DNA from: Ministeria vibrans ATCC 50519
Taxonomy: Eukaryota; Protista; Filasterea
Direction of reading: 5' to 3'
DNA: 35,773 nt
Assembly (NCBI GenBank): GCA_943704425.1
Contig: CALSCP010001412.1
Coordinates: 1 to 35,773 of the forward strand
Shown here: in pieces, positions 24,270 to 35,773 of the stretch
How positions within the stretch are numbered: the stretch's first letter is position 1
Layout of the letters: the number at the start of each line of letters is the position of its first letter
Program-made: the position numbers and the translations under genes
Notes under the pieces: generated by a model
What the model was told of the DNA's origin: nothing
Seen by the model: the letters and a program-made list of their open reading frames with translations, nothing else
Databases searched by the model: none

Positions 24270-25628
24270 ATGTCGGACAACACGCCGCTTCGAGTTGCCG
24301 TGATCGGCGGCGGGCTGGTAGGGCCATTGCTTGCAAAGCTGCTGGTGCGCGAAGGTGGGTCGTCGGTGCGGGTGTCGCTGTTTGAGCGCGATGCGGGACC
24401 GTGGACGCGCGATCAGGGCACAGCGTTGGATTTGGGCGCGGATGCGCGGCGGGTGCTGCAGCGCGCCGGGGTGGCTGACGCCGTGCGGGCTGCGTCGCGG
24501 AAGGGGTCTGATACAATGGCAATTCGTGACCGAGACGGGCATGATGTCATGGTGCTGGAAATGCCGTCGTGGCTCACTGTTTTGGCCGGTGAGAGCCTCG
24601 AGGTGAACCGGAACGGCCTGCGCGCCTGTCTCCTTGAAGGTCTTGATGCGGTTGTTCATTGGGGTCACGCGGTGAGGGAGGTGCGGCCGGCAGGTGAGCA
24701 GATGGAAGTGGTCTTTGACGCAAGTGCCGAGCAGCCTGTGCAGACATTTGATGTTGTTGTGGGCACCGATGGCTCGTCGAGCAGAATACGGCGGACTCTG
24801 TACGACGCCGAGGACGATCCGTTTACCGGCTATGCGTGCGTTCAAGGGTTTGTCTTGGATCCGGCAAGGGAGTGTCCAGTGGCGCATGCCTTTTGCGGCG
24901 AGGGTACGACCATGACGCTGGGCGGAGGCGCCGTGTTCTTCACTCAGCGCTACGCCAGTGACCCGCGCGACGCACGCATCTGCTTCTACCTGTCATTGCC
25001 CGTTGATAATCCACAAAGCCTGCGGCAGATGATAGGAAGCGATGACACGGCAGCCATCCGCGCCTGGCTCACGCAGCGTGTCGCCGACTGGTCTCCCGCC
25101 GTGCGTGACCTGTGTGCCTCGGCAGACTGGTTTGTCCTGCGCAACCTATATCAGTATGCTAGTCGACCAGTGATGAAGGATGGTGCCTCTCAGTTGCCTC
25201 TGGTGGTCTGTGGCGACGCCCTGCATGCGATGCTGCCGTTCCAGGGCGCCGGCGCCAACCTGGGCCTTGTCGATGCAGGTGTGGTGGCGACGGCCATTGT
25301 ACGCGCGTCCGCCACCGCACCTCACAACCGTCGTGAAAGCCTTGTCCGTCGTCTACGTGCCGCTGAAAAGGTTATGCTCAACTGCTCGGCCCCCGAAGCA
25401 GACGCGTCGCGGGCGGCTACAGTCGCGTACCATGCCACAGACGCAGCAGTGACTGCGCGACACGACCCAGAGCACTATGGCGGACACTTTATGCGTGTGC
25501 TTCTATGGATGCGCAGTGTGGAGCGTCGGTGTGCTCGTAGCAGTGCTCCCGGGAGTGGTGTGTGGGTGTGGCCGTCTCTGTGTGCGACAGTGACATGTGC
25601 TGTTCTCCTTTGGAGAAAATGGAAATGA
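24270..25628 (+). CDS. Intronless group A FAD-dependent monooxygenase, TetX-like family, with C-terminal hydrophobic tail
   Basis: VAVIGGGLVG (GxGxxG), FERD....RDQGTALDL, EVNRNGLRACLL, DVVVGTDGSSSRIR (DG motif) and GDALHAMLPFQGAGANLGLVDA (GD motif); single ORF of 452 aa. Confidence 0.9.
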   Translation: MSDNTPLRVAVIGGGLVGPLLAKLLVREGGSSVRVSLFERDAGPWTRDQGTALDLGADARRVLQRAGVADAVRAASRKGSDTMAIRDRDGHDVMVLEMPSWLTVLAGESLEVNRNGLRACLLEGLDAVVHWGHAVREVRPAGEQMEVVFDASAEQPVQTFDVVVGTDGSSSRIRRTLYDAEDDPFTGYACVQGFVLDPARECPVAHAFCGEGTTMTLGGGAVFFTQRYASDPRDARICFYLSLPVDNPQSLRQMIGSDDTAAIRAWLTQRVADWSPAVRDLCASADWFVLRNLYQYASRPVMKDGASQLPLVVCGDALHAMLPFQGAGANLGLVDAGVVATAIVRASATAPHNRRESLVRRLRAAEKVMLNCSAPEADASRAATVAYHATDAAVTARHDPEHYGGHFMRVLLWMRSVERRCARSSAPGSGVWVWPSLCATVTCAVLLWRKWK

Positions 25629-25874
25629 AAAGTTGAGTGTTGGCTTGCACTTGTGCGTCGTGGAAACAATCAATTATGAAGAAGGCTTTCCTGATTCATG
25701 AAGGCTGAAAGGCCTTACTGACTGTTTTCTACTCCGTTTTTATTTATTTATTTTGAACTTGGTTGTCAAATGTGTTTCCCTATTCATTCCATTCGTCAAA
25801 AATAGCAAAATGAAAATTTCCATTCTGTTTCTCCCTTTCTACATCGTTTCGACTTTTGATCCACAGTTCATACG

Positions 25875-26166
25875 ATGCCCGAGACCCTCCTGGCGCCCAA
25901 GAAAACGCTGCGGGCAAAGCCCTCGATGAACATTGAGAGCTTGCGGAAACCATGGTTCGCTCTGGCGACCATTCTGATCTTCGTGCAGGGCTCCACCTTT
26001 GGCCTGTCCGTTGCAACGCAAGTTATCAATATCAACACCATGAATGAGTACGAAATTCGTCGGGACTGCCGCAAATGAAACCAAAACAAGCGCAAATTGA
26101 CTCCCCTCTGTCCCTAAACTACCCGCGTCCCGTCCCAGTGGCCCCCCCTCGCTCTCTCCATCTCCC

Positions 26167-26199
<33 letters not shown>

Positions 26200-26301
26200 T
26201 GTTCATATGAATGCTTCTTGCATCCGTTTTGATCGTTCCCAATGAATGACGACCAAACATCCAACAGCTATTGTTGATCAGTCTCACAATTCTCTCCTTT
26301 G

Positions 26302-26341
<40 letters not shown>

Positions 26342-28072
26342 GTTTTTCTTTGCGTGCATAGTACACTGCCGGACTCCGAGCGGGTGAGCTATGTGCCCTC
26401 GCTGGCGGTCAGTGGCATTGGGCTGATTGTGATCATGGCAATGCTCCTCCTCGTCGGCTGTGCCTGTGTGCCCCTCAGCGACCGCCTCTCCACCACCCCC
26501 GTCGGCAGAAGCACCCAGGCCGCTCAGCTGAGAAACTCCCGACGACGTGTGTGCGGCATCAAGTGCGGCGTTCTTGGCGTTCTCTTCTCCTACCTCATCG
26601 CGTCCATTTGCATCTGCGTCTCCTACTCCGTCGTAAACAAATCAAATCTACATAATTTCTTTATTCATTATTAATTTTTATGTTTCTTCTTCATTATTAT
26701 TACAAACGTGTACGTTGTTGCAGACTCGATACGAAGTGACCAAAGAGCCGACGCGACTGTATTTCACGAACGTGGACATCCAGATGGGCTACGATCTGCT
26801 CTTTCTGGTGGTGGTTGCGCTCCTCACGCTCATTGGCCGACTGCTGATGGGCGAAGTGCCCCTCGATGCCATGGACCTGAGCATTGCCGTCGTGTCCGAC
26901 GGTTTGGATGTCGTAAGTAAATTTTGATTTTCATAATAAGAAAATATAATATGAGAGACTACGCGACGATGTGTCAACAAGATGTTATTCTACTAAAAAA
27001 CATAATATAATTATTCATACAATAACTAATAATTATTATTATTGATTTGAATTCATGAATTTTTAGTATTGTTTTTGATATTAACTGATTGCTTTGTTTT
27101 AGATTGAATTGAGTCAGGTTATGTATGACGGTGATCCAATTGATATTTCGGTTGCAGTAAAAGGTATTAAAACCAAAATAATTATTATTATTATTAATTA
27201 ATTTTATAATTAATTTATTATTAATAAAAAATAACCTTTTGCAGTTTTTGTGTTTATTTTTCTATTTGTGTTTGCGCTGTATCCCGTGTGGGAACAAATT
27301 CTGACAGCAAAGCGGTACCGAAACTCTGCGTTTGTGCTCCGAATCAATTCGTCGATGCTTTTTGCACTCGTACGAAACTAACAACACCCAAACAAATTAC
27401 AAGTGAATCATGATAGCTCATAATAAGTATTCTGCTTTTTAGACGAAAATCTTTTTGATTCACATTCCTTTTATTGTGATGGTAAGAGGGACAGAGGAGA
27501 AAAGTTGCAGAACAATAATAATAATAATTATTAGTATTATTATTATTGTTGTTGTTATTTATTATTCTTATTCTTATTGATTTTTATTATTATTATTGAA
27601 ATATTGAACACAATTATTCTTCTTTTAGCGATCGCTCTTGGTGAGCAGTTTCAAAGAGAACAGCATCAACAGTGCGTTCATTCTGAAGAATGTGTGGGAA
27701 GTAATTTTGCTGTCTGTGCAATTCCAAATGGACTTTCGGGATATGCGCTCGAGTGCCATTCACATTCGATCGACACGCAGACTTAAAGCAAAACAAAATG
27801 ATGAGCGGAAAAAGGAGCGGCAGAGCAAAGCGATTCAAATGGAGGACCTGGCGTCTGACGAGGAGAGCTCAACTGTGGTTGGTCAGAGTCACGCGAGTGT
27901 GCTCCACAAGAGCCCGCCGTCCTTTCGGCCCAAACACACTGTGGATACAAACGAGACAGACTCACTGTCTGATTTGGAGAGTGTGCAGAAGAACTTTGAA
28001 AGTGCCATCAAGAATCAGCCGAGCGTGGTGTTTCAGCAGGAGCAACTCGAGAGACAGCAGTCGCTTGTATAA
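25875..28072 (+). CDS. Multi-pass membrane protein, TMEM26/TMEM121-like
   Basis: Seven exons splice in frame through GT-AG introns. Several TM helices, DGLDV|IEL motif, and HIPFIVM|RSLLV...FILKNVWEVIL, which resembles the TMEM26/121 C-terminal PF..R...F..KN motif. Confidence 0.55.
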
Positions 28073-28206
28073 TAAAAGACAATACGTCTCATAACAATAT
28101 TGATAATGAAAAAACAAGAATAATAAGAACTATTGTTTGTTGTTTGAAGATGAAATCAATCCCTTTCCGACTCAAAAATTTGCTCCCTTTCATAGTGTAA
28201 CATCAT

Positions 28207-30559
28207 TTAAAATATTTCTCCAAAGTGTTGCAACAACAACTGGACAAACTCGCGCTCAGCATTGGCCATGAAGCGACCGCCCCCACCGCCCGAAATCATT
28301 GCAGCAATGTCTCTGCGGCTGAGACGCACAGGCGCAGTCGCGGTGGGCGTCATGAGCTTCACACTCGAGTCAATACCCGACACAGCAATGCACATGTCAG
28401 TGGGATGTGCCTGACAGCAATTGACAATGTCTGCGTCGCCCCGCACAACCATCAGCGGCTCACCCGTCTCGCGCGACCACACAAACAAATGGCCACTGTC
28501 ACAGCCCGTCAGCACGTATTCGCCTTGGGGGCCCATAAAACTAATCTCTTTGTATGTCTGTACGTTCATGCGTCCCTCCATTTGCATCGCAGTCACTTCC
28601 CGGTAGTAGGACGGAAAGGAGAGACTCTCGCGACTGTTCGATGAAGAGGAGGAGGATGACGACAATGACGACCCGTCTCCTTCTTCCTCCCCTTCCCATT
28701 CCATCTCTGACTCCGCTTGTGACTGTACTTCATCTGATTGTTCACCCTGGTCTCCCTCTTCTTCTTTCTCTTCTTCTTCTGCTTCTTCTTCTTCTCCTTC
28801 CTCTTCCTCCTCCTCTCCTTTTTCTTCCTCTTCCTCCTCCTCTCCTTTTTCTTCTTCTTCTTCTTCTTCTTCTTCTTCTTTTTCTTCTTCTTCTTCTTTT
28901 TCTTCTTCTTCTTCTTCTTCTTCTTCTTCGTCTTCTTCTTCCTCCTCTTCCTCTCGCTTTAGCGCAAGTCTCTCCAGCCGCATATCCACTGGCCAGGCAA
29001 TGACTGCATTCGCCATAGCACTCTGCTCCTCCAATTCCATCGCCGCCTCCTGCAGCAGCCACCGTGTGTACCCTTCCAATCCCCCCACTCGCCCTTCCGT
29101 TTCCGCATCCACCGCAACTCCCTTCAGATGCGCATGTGACCAGTGTGCCATACTCCGCACCGCCCCCTCTCCTCCACTCCCACCGCTGACCTTGAGCTGG
29201 GCTCGCGCAATCAGTGCCAGTGTGTACGCATCGCGCTTGTCACTCCCAAGCGCCTCCACATCTGCCAGTGCCATCTCAGCATCTCCTTCCCCGCTCCGTC
29301 GTAAGTACGCACTCGCACGCGCCTCTCGCAACCGCTGCTCATCGTCCAACTCAGACGCACTCGCTAGTGCCGCAGTGAGCCCCACAATTGCCCCTGTCCA
29401 CCGTCGTCGTCTCAGCTGCGCTGCACTCTCCACCAGTGCCTCCTCGGCCGACTTGGACAGTCGTACACACTGTTCGTCGCCCCGTACGCGTGATCCGCGC
29501 TGACTGGGCCACTCGCCAGTCCTCTGCCTCTCCTCCTCCTCCGCAGCCGCATCGTCGTCAAGTGTCGTTGCGTTGCGCACGTCAAACACGTACACATCCT
29601 CGCCGCTGTATGTCGCCGCCAGGTAGTCTCCTTCTCGTGTCAATGCAACACCTGTAATGTGCCGTCGCGCTCGCCCTTCACCAAGCTGTGTGGGCGTCAG
29701 GGCGAGTATGGGCTCAGAGTGGTGTTCGCGCGGATCGGTGTACTGGCCGACGGTGCGGATCATGCGACGGTCCCATAGACGCGCAAACGCATCCGACCCC
29801 CCACTCGCCAGCAAGTAAGGGCGACTCTCCGCCAGCGCAATCGAATTCAGTCCGTCCGAATGGCGGTGCATCTTCGACAGGCGAAGCAGCACTGTCTTGT
29901 CGCACTCGTCCACCGCACCAGACGCCTCGAGCGCCCCACACGCATGCGGCGTCCGCAAGTCAAACTGGCGCACCGTGCCGTCTTCTCCACATGTCAGAAA
30001 CACGTGGGGATTCCCCCGTTCCGTCGCGACCTTTTTCACTCGTCCGCTGTGACATCCAAAGACCTACGCAAATGCAACACAGTTGAAATGCCAATCGAAA
30101 TCAACAACACTCCTTCTGACGTGTTCCAGCGTGTTGTCAAGGGTCCACGTGTGCACACGGACGGTCGCATCGCCTGCCACACTCACAATGCGGTCCTCGT
30201 TGCTGGGAAGGAAGCGTGCGCCAAAGATGTTTGCAAAGTGTTGTGTGGCGAAGCGCTTCACAAGTTCACCCGTCCCGTACGCGTGTACGCAGAGATGCAG
30301 GTCATCGCCGCCGCTCACCAAGAGCTCGCCAGAGTCGCTCCATTGCACAGTGTTGACACAGCCGTAGTAGTCGGACAGCGTCGTCTACACGAGAGATGTC
30401 AAAAAACCCCCCAAACGGACGTTTTTGTGTTGATAATCATTATACCGAAAGTTGAAGTCGACGCATAAACGACGGGTGGCCTCGTACTGCATTCCTAACA
30501 CGCAATGGATGCCGTCCGTCCACCTCGCGCTGAGTTAGCAGCGACGTGAGCGACGACAT
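28207..30559 (-). CDS. WDTC1: WD40 + TPR protein, WDTC1/DCAF6/DCAF8 family (closest to WDTC1/adipose)
   Basis: GCVNTVQW...G.LLVSGGDD, HFANIFGARFLP, CHSGRVKK, EDGTVRQFDLR, DAFARLWDRR, TPR-like RASAYLRRSGEGDAEMALAD, and C-terminal IKE-like YKEISF, GCDSGHLFVW, GDADIVNC...HP and SGIDSSVKL. Confidence 0.85.
28680..28955 (-). repeat. (GAA/GAG)n coding repeat, poly-Glu tract
   Basis: Seen directly, in frame within the WD40 ORF. Confidence 0.95.
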
Positions 30560-30968
30560 GGATAATAATTCTATTATTTCTAGAGTGACTAAGACGAAGA
30601 CTTGAAAGACTAAAAAAAATGAATTATTAGTTATTATTATTAATAATAATACAAGATAATAATAATAATAATAAAAGAATAATAATAGTAATAATATTAA
30701 TTATTAATTTATTATTTTTATTACGGCCTCCAACTTTTTGGTCTTAAGTGTGCAGGTTTTAATATAATTGATGTGCTCGCAAGCTCAACTCGCGCTGGAG
30801 ACTATTTTGAAGGGGTCAACCAATTATTTAAGATTTCTGTGTGTGTTGTGCAATTAAGTGAGTTGAGTACAACAATGCAATTCTACCATTGAATTTTCTC
30901 CGCCAAGTTCAACGTTTCATGAACTGGATTAGTGACGTTTCTTACTCGTCGTACGAAAAAAGTTTAAT

Positions 30969-32052
30969 TTACACATTTGATTTGATCCACTGAGTGACCT
31001 CACTCAAGCGCGACTCGTTGTCGACATTTTTCACAGAACACTCTGCAAAAGTGACTGCAGGCAAATCCGCACGAAAGGTAAAGTGATCACCAGCAACACG
31101 CAACTGATGTTGTTGGCTGTTTTGCTGTGCCTGTTGGTCTGCCGACAGAGATTGCACTGCTTCCGCTCGAGTGCGTCTCAACACATCCCTACAATTAATC
31201 GCAAATTAGCTCCCTCTCGTATTATTTTGTTTCCCTCTCTCTCACTTTGTCTCTTTTCTCCCCCCTCTCTCTCTCTGTTTGTTTCTCTCCCGCTCCTCTC
31301 TCTCTGTACCCCTTTGTTTCTGTCTCTCTCCTCCCTCTCTGTATCCCTCCTCTCTTTCTCCCTCCTCACATTTCCTTTTGAATGAGCGATTCTATGTCGT
31401 TGGCGGACCTCGCACGCAACTGGTCCTGCTTGTTGCATGCGATCAGGACGGGCACAGCGGACCGTGCGACACACTGCAGCGTCACAATGTCAAAGAGAAG
31501 CTCCGTGACCCGCTGCACGTCGCGTGTCACCGTTCCCGCATCCACCACAAACACAATGGCCTTGGCGTTCTTGTGCAGCGAGGCGCTGCGCAGCGCGTCC
31601 GTGTGCACGCGAGGATGACCGGGAATGTCGACAATGCTAATCTGCCGTTCGCCCAGACTCATTCTGCCGTGTCCCGTCTCCATGGACGTCACTGTTTTCA
31701 CAAAGGCCCCCTTAGTCAACTAGGCAGCGCAGGAAAGGGACGCAGTAGCGTTGAGAGGACGACGTGAGGCTCAAGACAGTGAACAAACGTGGACGAGCAA
31801 TGTCGCGATGGTTTTCGTTTTCTCGCTCTACCTTATACATGAGAGCCGTTTTTCCAGCGCCAGTGTCACCGCACAAGATTAACGACTCGCCTGGAACCTT
31901 GAGAGCTCCAGACGAGCGGAAAATAAGCTTAAAAGCGACTGCAAAAAAAAAAGAGCATAAGCAACTCATTGTGTGTCTTCCTCTCGCGTACAAACTGTCA
32001 CCGCGAGGGTGAATAGAGCCAGCAATATCGGGATGAGTTCAAGTTCGACCAT
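30969..32052 (-). CDS. SRPRB: Signal recognition particle receptor beta subunit
   Basis: N-terminal TM, G1 GDTGAGKT, TVTSM, VDIPGHPR, IVFVVD, LIACNKQD, IQKEM|DVLRRTR, FTF and VTFAECS. Confidence 0.92.
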
Positions 32053-32493
32053 ATTATTACAGCGTGAGAATATTCAATTAAATTGGTAATAATTAGAAGA
32101 ATAATGAGTTACACTAAAAAGCAATTTTAGACTTAGTTCAGTCAGTCTAAAAAGAGCTCATTAAAATGCAGAGAGTTGTGTGAGTTGTGTGAGTTGAATG
32201 AGATGATCAACTGTAAAAGTGTGCCGTCTACGGATGCCAGGTGGATTTATAAAACGAAGGCCAAGACAGTGTGACACACTCTTGTGTTGTCTCACCTGAC
32301 TCAACATATGAATGAAAGTATTTCAATTGAATTAAATAATATCATTATAATGATACTAATTACAAATTGATAATCGGTTTTGATACAAAAATGTCGCACC
32401 CAAATATGATGACAAAAGCTGATAATATAATAATAATTATTATTATTATTATTACTAATTATTCTCAATTCTTATACAACACATGAGTGTATT

Positions 32494-34210
<1,717 letters not shown>

Positions 34211-34326
34211 CAATAAGATATTGATCTTTGGAGTTTGGAGTTTGGACGGACTGCCAGACAAAAGATGTTTACGTTCCAGTTTCAGTTTTCACTCATTCAC
34301 ACTCACCAAACATTTTCTTCCTTAAT

Positions 34327-35773
34327 ATGAAACTGCTGCTCAGCTCCACCATTGCAATACTCACCATTGCCTTGGGCGCATGTGCATCCACTGCGTCGTC
34401 GATATGGAACAGCGACGGAGACATTGTGCTGTCACCTGCGGACAATCGGAGTGTGGTGACCACCGGCCCCATCATGGTCGCCGGCGCACGCGTCTACACG
34501 GAGGCCGAGGTGCATGACCTCCTGGCGCCCGTCGTCGCGCGCCTTGCTTCACTGGAGCGGCTGCTTCTGGGCGAGTGTGCGGCGCAGCGCTGTCTGAACG
34601 GAGGGACGTGCTCTGTTGCGGATGCTCTGCTGCACTGTGCCTGTCCGTCCGGCTTCACGGGCGCCCTGTGCGAGCTGGTTGATGCGTGTGCGTCGTTGCC
34701 ATGTTATAACGGAGCGACGTGCGCCAACTCAGCCTGTAAGAAAGAAAGAAGGGCAAAACACACAAACTTAATGTCGGACGTTCAACTTTCAGCTGGAGAG
34801 TTTGAGTGTGTGTGCACCAGTGATTTCATGGGCTCCAACTGCGAACGAGGAACAGCCTTTGTCACGGTCTGGCAGACAACAAGTGACGCGAGCACGATTA
34901 CTCTGCCGCTGATGGACAGTGGCACATACAATTGCACAGTCGAGTGGGGCGATGCAAGTGCCCCTGACACGCTCACAAGCCACACCGCACCCAAGCGCAC
35001 GCACACATACGCTCTCGCAGGCACTTACACTGTCACAGTAACCTCAAAACAAATCATGATTCTATATAGAGTGAATGAGTGTGAACACATGGATTGTAGA
35101 TCCGAGGAACCTTTGTGGGCTTGCGGTTTGCCAATGCGGGAGACAAAGAGCGACTGATTGACATTAAGCAGTGGGGCAAAGCACAAGTGGGACAACACGT
35201 AGAGGGGGGTTACTTCCATGGGTGTGTGAATATGGTGGTCACTGCGACTGACCCTCTTGACTTGACGGGAACTGTCAGCCTAACCAGCATGTTCCGAAAC
35301 ACTGCCATTGACTCGAGAGGGAATCTCTCACTGTGGAACACTCAAGTAAGTTATTTAATAACATCATTAGAGTCACATTGGTCATTTGGTGTGATAGTAG
35401 CAATTATTATTATTAATTACAATTATTGTGTCATTTCGTCTCTCTTTTTGTGGAACTTTTTTACTGTTTGTTTTTTCTATTCAAATACTTTTTTACTTCT
35501 TTTCTCACTCTTTTTCTACCAATAGAATGTAACTGATATGTCTCAAATGTTTCGATTTGCCACTGAGCTTAATCAGTCATTGAAATTTGATACTTCAGTT
35601 AAGAATCATAATTATTAATAATGATAATTATTTTCATAACGTCATTTTACTCACTTTCACACTCTCTCTATCACTTTGTTTCTTTCTCCCTCCTTTCTCT
35701 CTCTCTCTCTATCACTTTGTTTCTTTCTCCCTCCTTTCTCTCTCTCTCTCTCTATCACTTTGTTTCTTTCTCC
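34327..35773 (+). CDS. Secreted or surface protein: signal peptide, cubilin-N-like segment and coiled coil, two EGF repeats, PKD-like domain and BspA/DUF285 repeats (probably continues beyond the window)
   Basis: MKLLLSSTIAILTIALGA; CLNGGTC..C.CPSGFTG..C and CYNGATC..C.C..F.G..C; FVTVWQTT...ITLPL...YNCTVEWGD...THTY..AGTYTVT|IRG; IKQWG; SMFRNT...LSLWNTQ|NVTDMSQMFRFATELNQSLKFDTS. The last visible exon is 35526-35597. Confidence 0.8.
35662..35773 (+). repeat. Intronic minisatellite with a 41-43 bp unit (ATCACTTTGTTTCTTTCTCCCTCCTTT(CT)n)
   Basis: ATCACTTTG recurs at 35670, 35711 and 35754. Confidence 0.95.

Noticed and set aside
23952-24887. 311-aa minus-strand ORF, and similar antisense ORFs at 11292-12014, 18163-18990, 7010-7624 and 29000-29503
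   Set aside because: Shadow ORFs of GC-rich coding exons with no recognisable motifs; this one also crosses an N gap.

Overview
Eukaryotic genomic DNA, not prokaryotic. The window is very compact, with about 17 protein-coding genes in 35.8 kb. Coding exons are GC-rich, most spliceosomal introns are short (about 44-100 nt), longer introns are filled with microsatellites, and AT-rich intergenic spacers are about 100-400 bp. The host is probably a unicellular eukaryote; a holozoan or choanoflagellate-like host is only a guess. Genes in order, spliced by hand: Cu-only SOD-repeat protein (-, runs off the left edge), alginate-lyase-family protein, ABHD8-like hydrolase, an orphan, FRA10AC1, MCU, calpain-7/PalB, glyoxalase I, a LisH/CTLH/CRA/UBA-like protein, TRMT2A, NUDT9, an intronless TetX-like flavin monooxygenase, a TMEM26/121-like membrane protein, WDTC1-like, SRPRB, a type I PRMT, and a secreted EGF + BspA/DUF285 chimera (runs off the right edge). 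The most interesting unexplained signal is a ~105-115 bp non-coding element (GGCGGAAGT ... TTGAGT-N5-ACTCGA ... TATTTTC). It sits just upstream of, and co-oriented with, three unrelated genes; two copies 18 kb apart are nearly identical, and the spacing between its two motifs is 50, 61 and 70 bp. Other points: two GC-AG introns in NUDT9, a 72-nt exon equal to one BspA repeat, complementary repeats flanking the lyase catalytic exon, and three bacterial-type genes at different stages of intron gain. All family calls come from recalled motifs; no database search was run.
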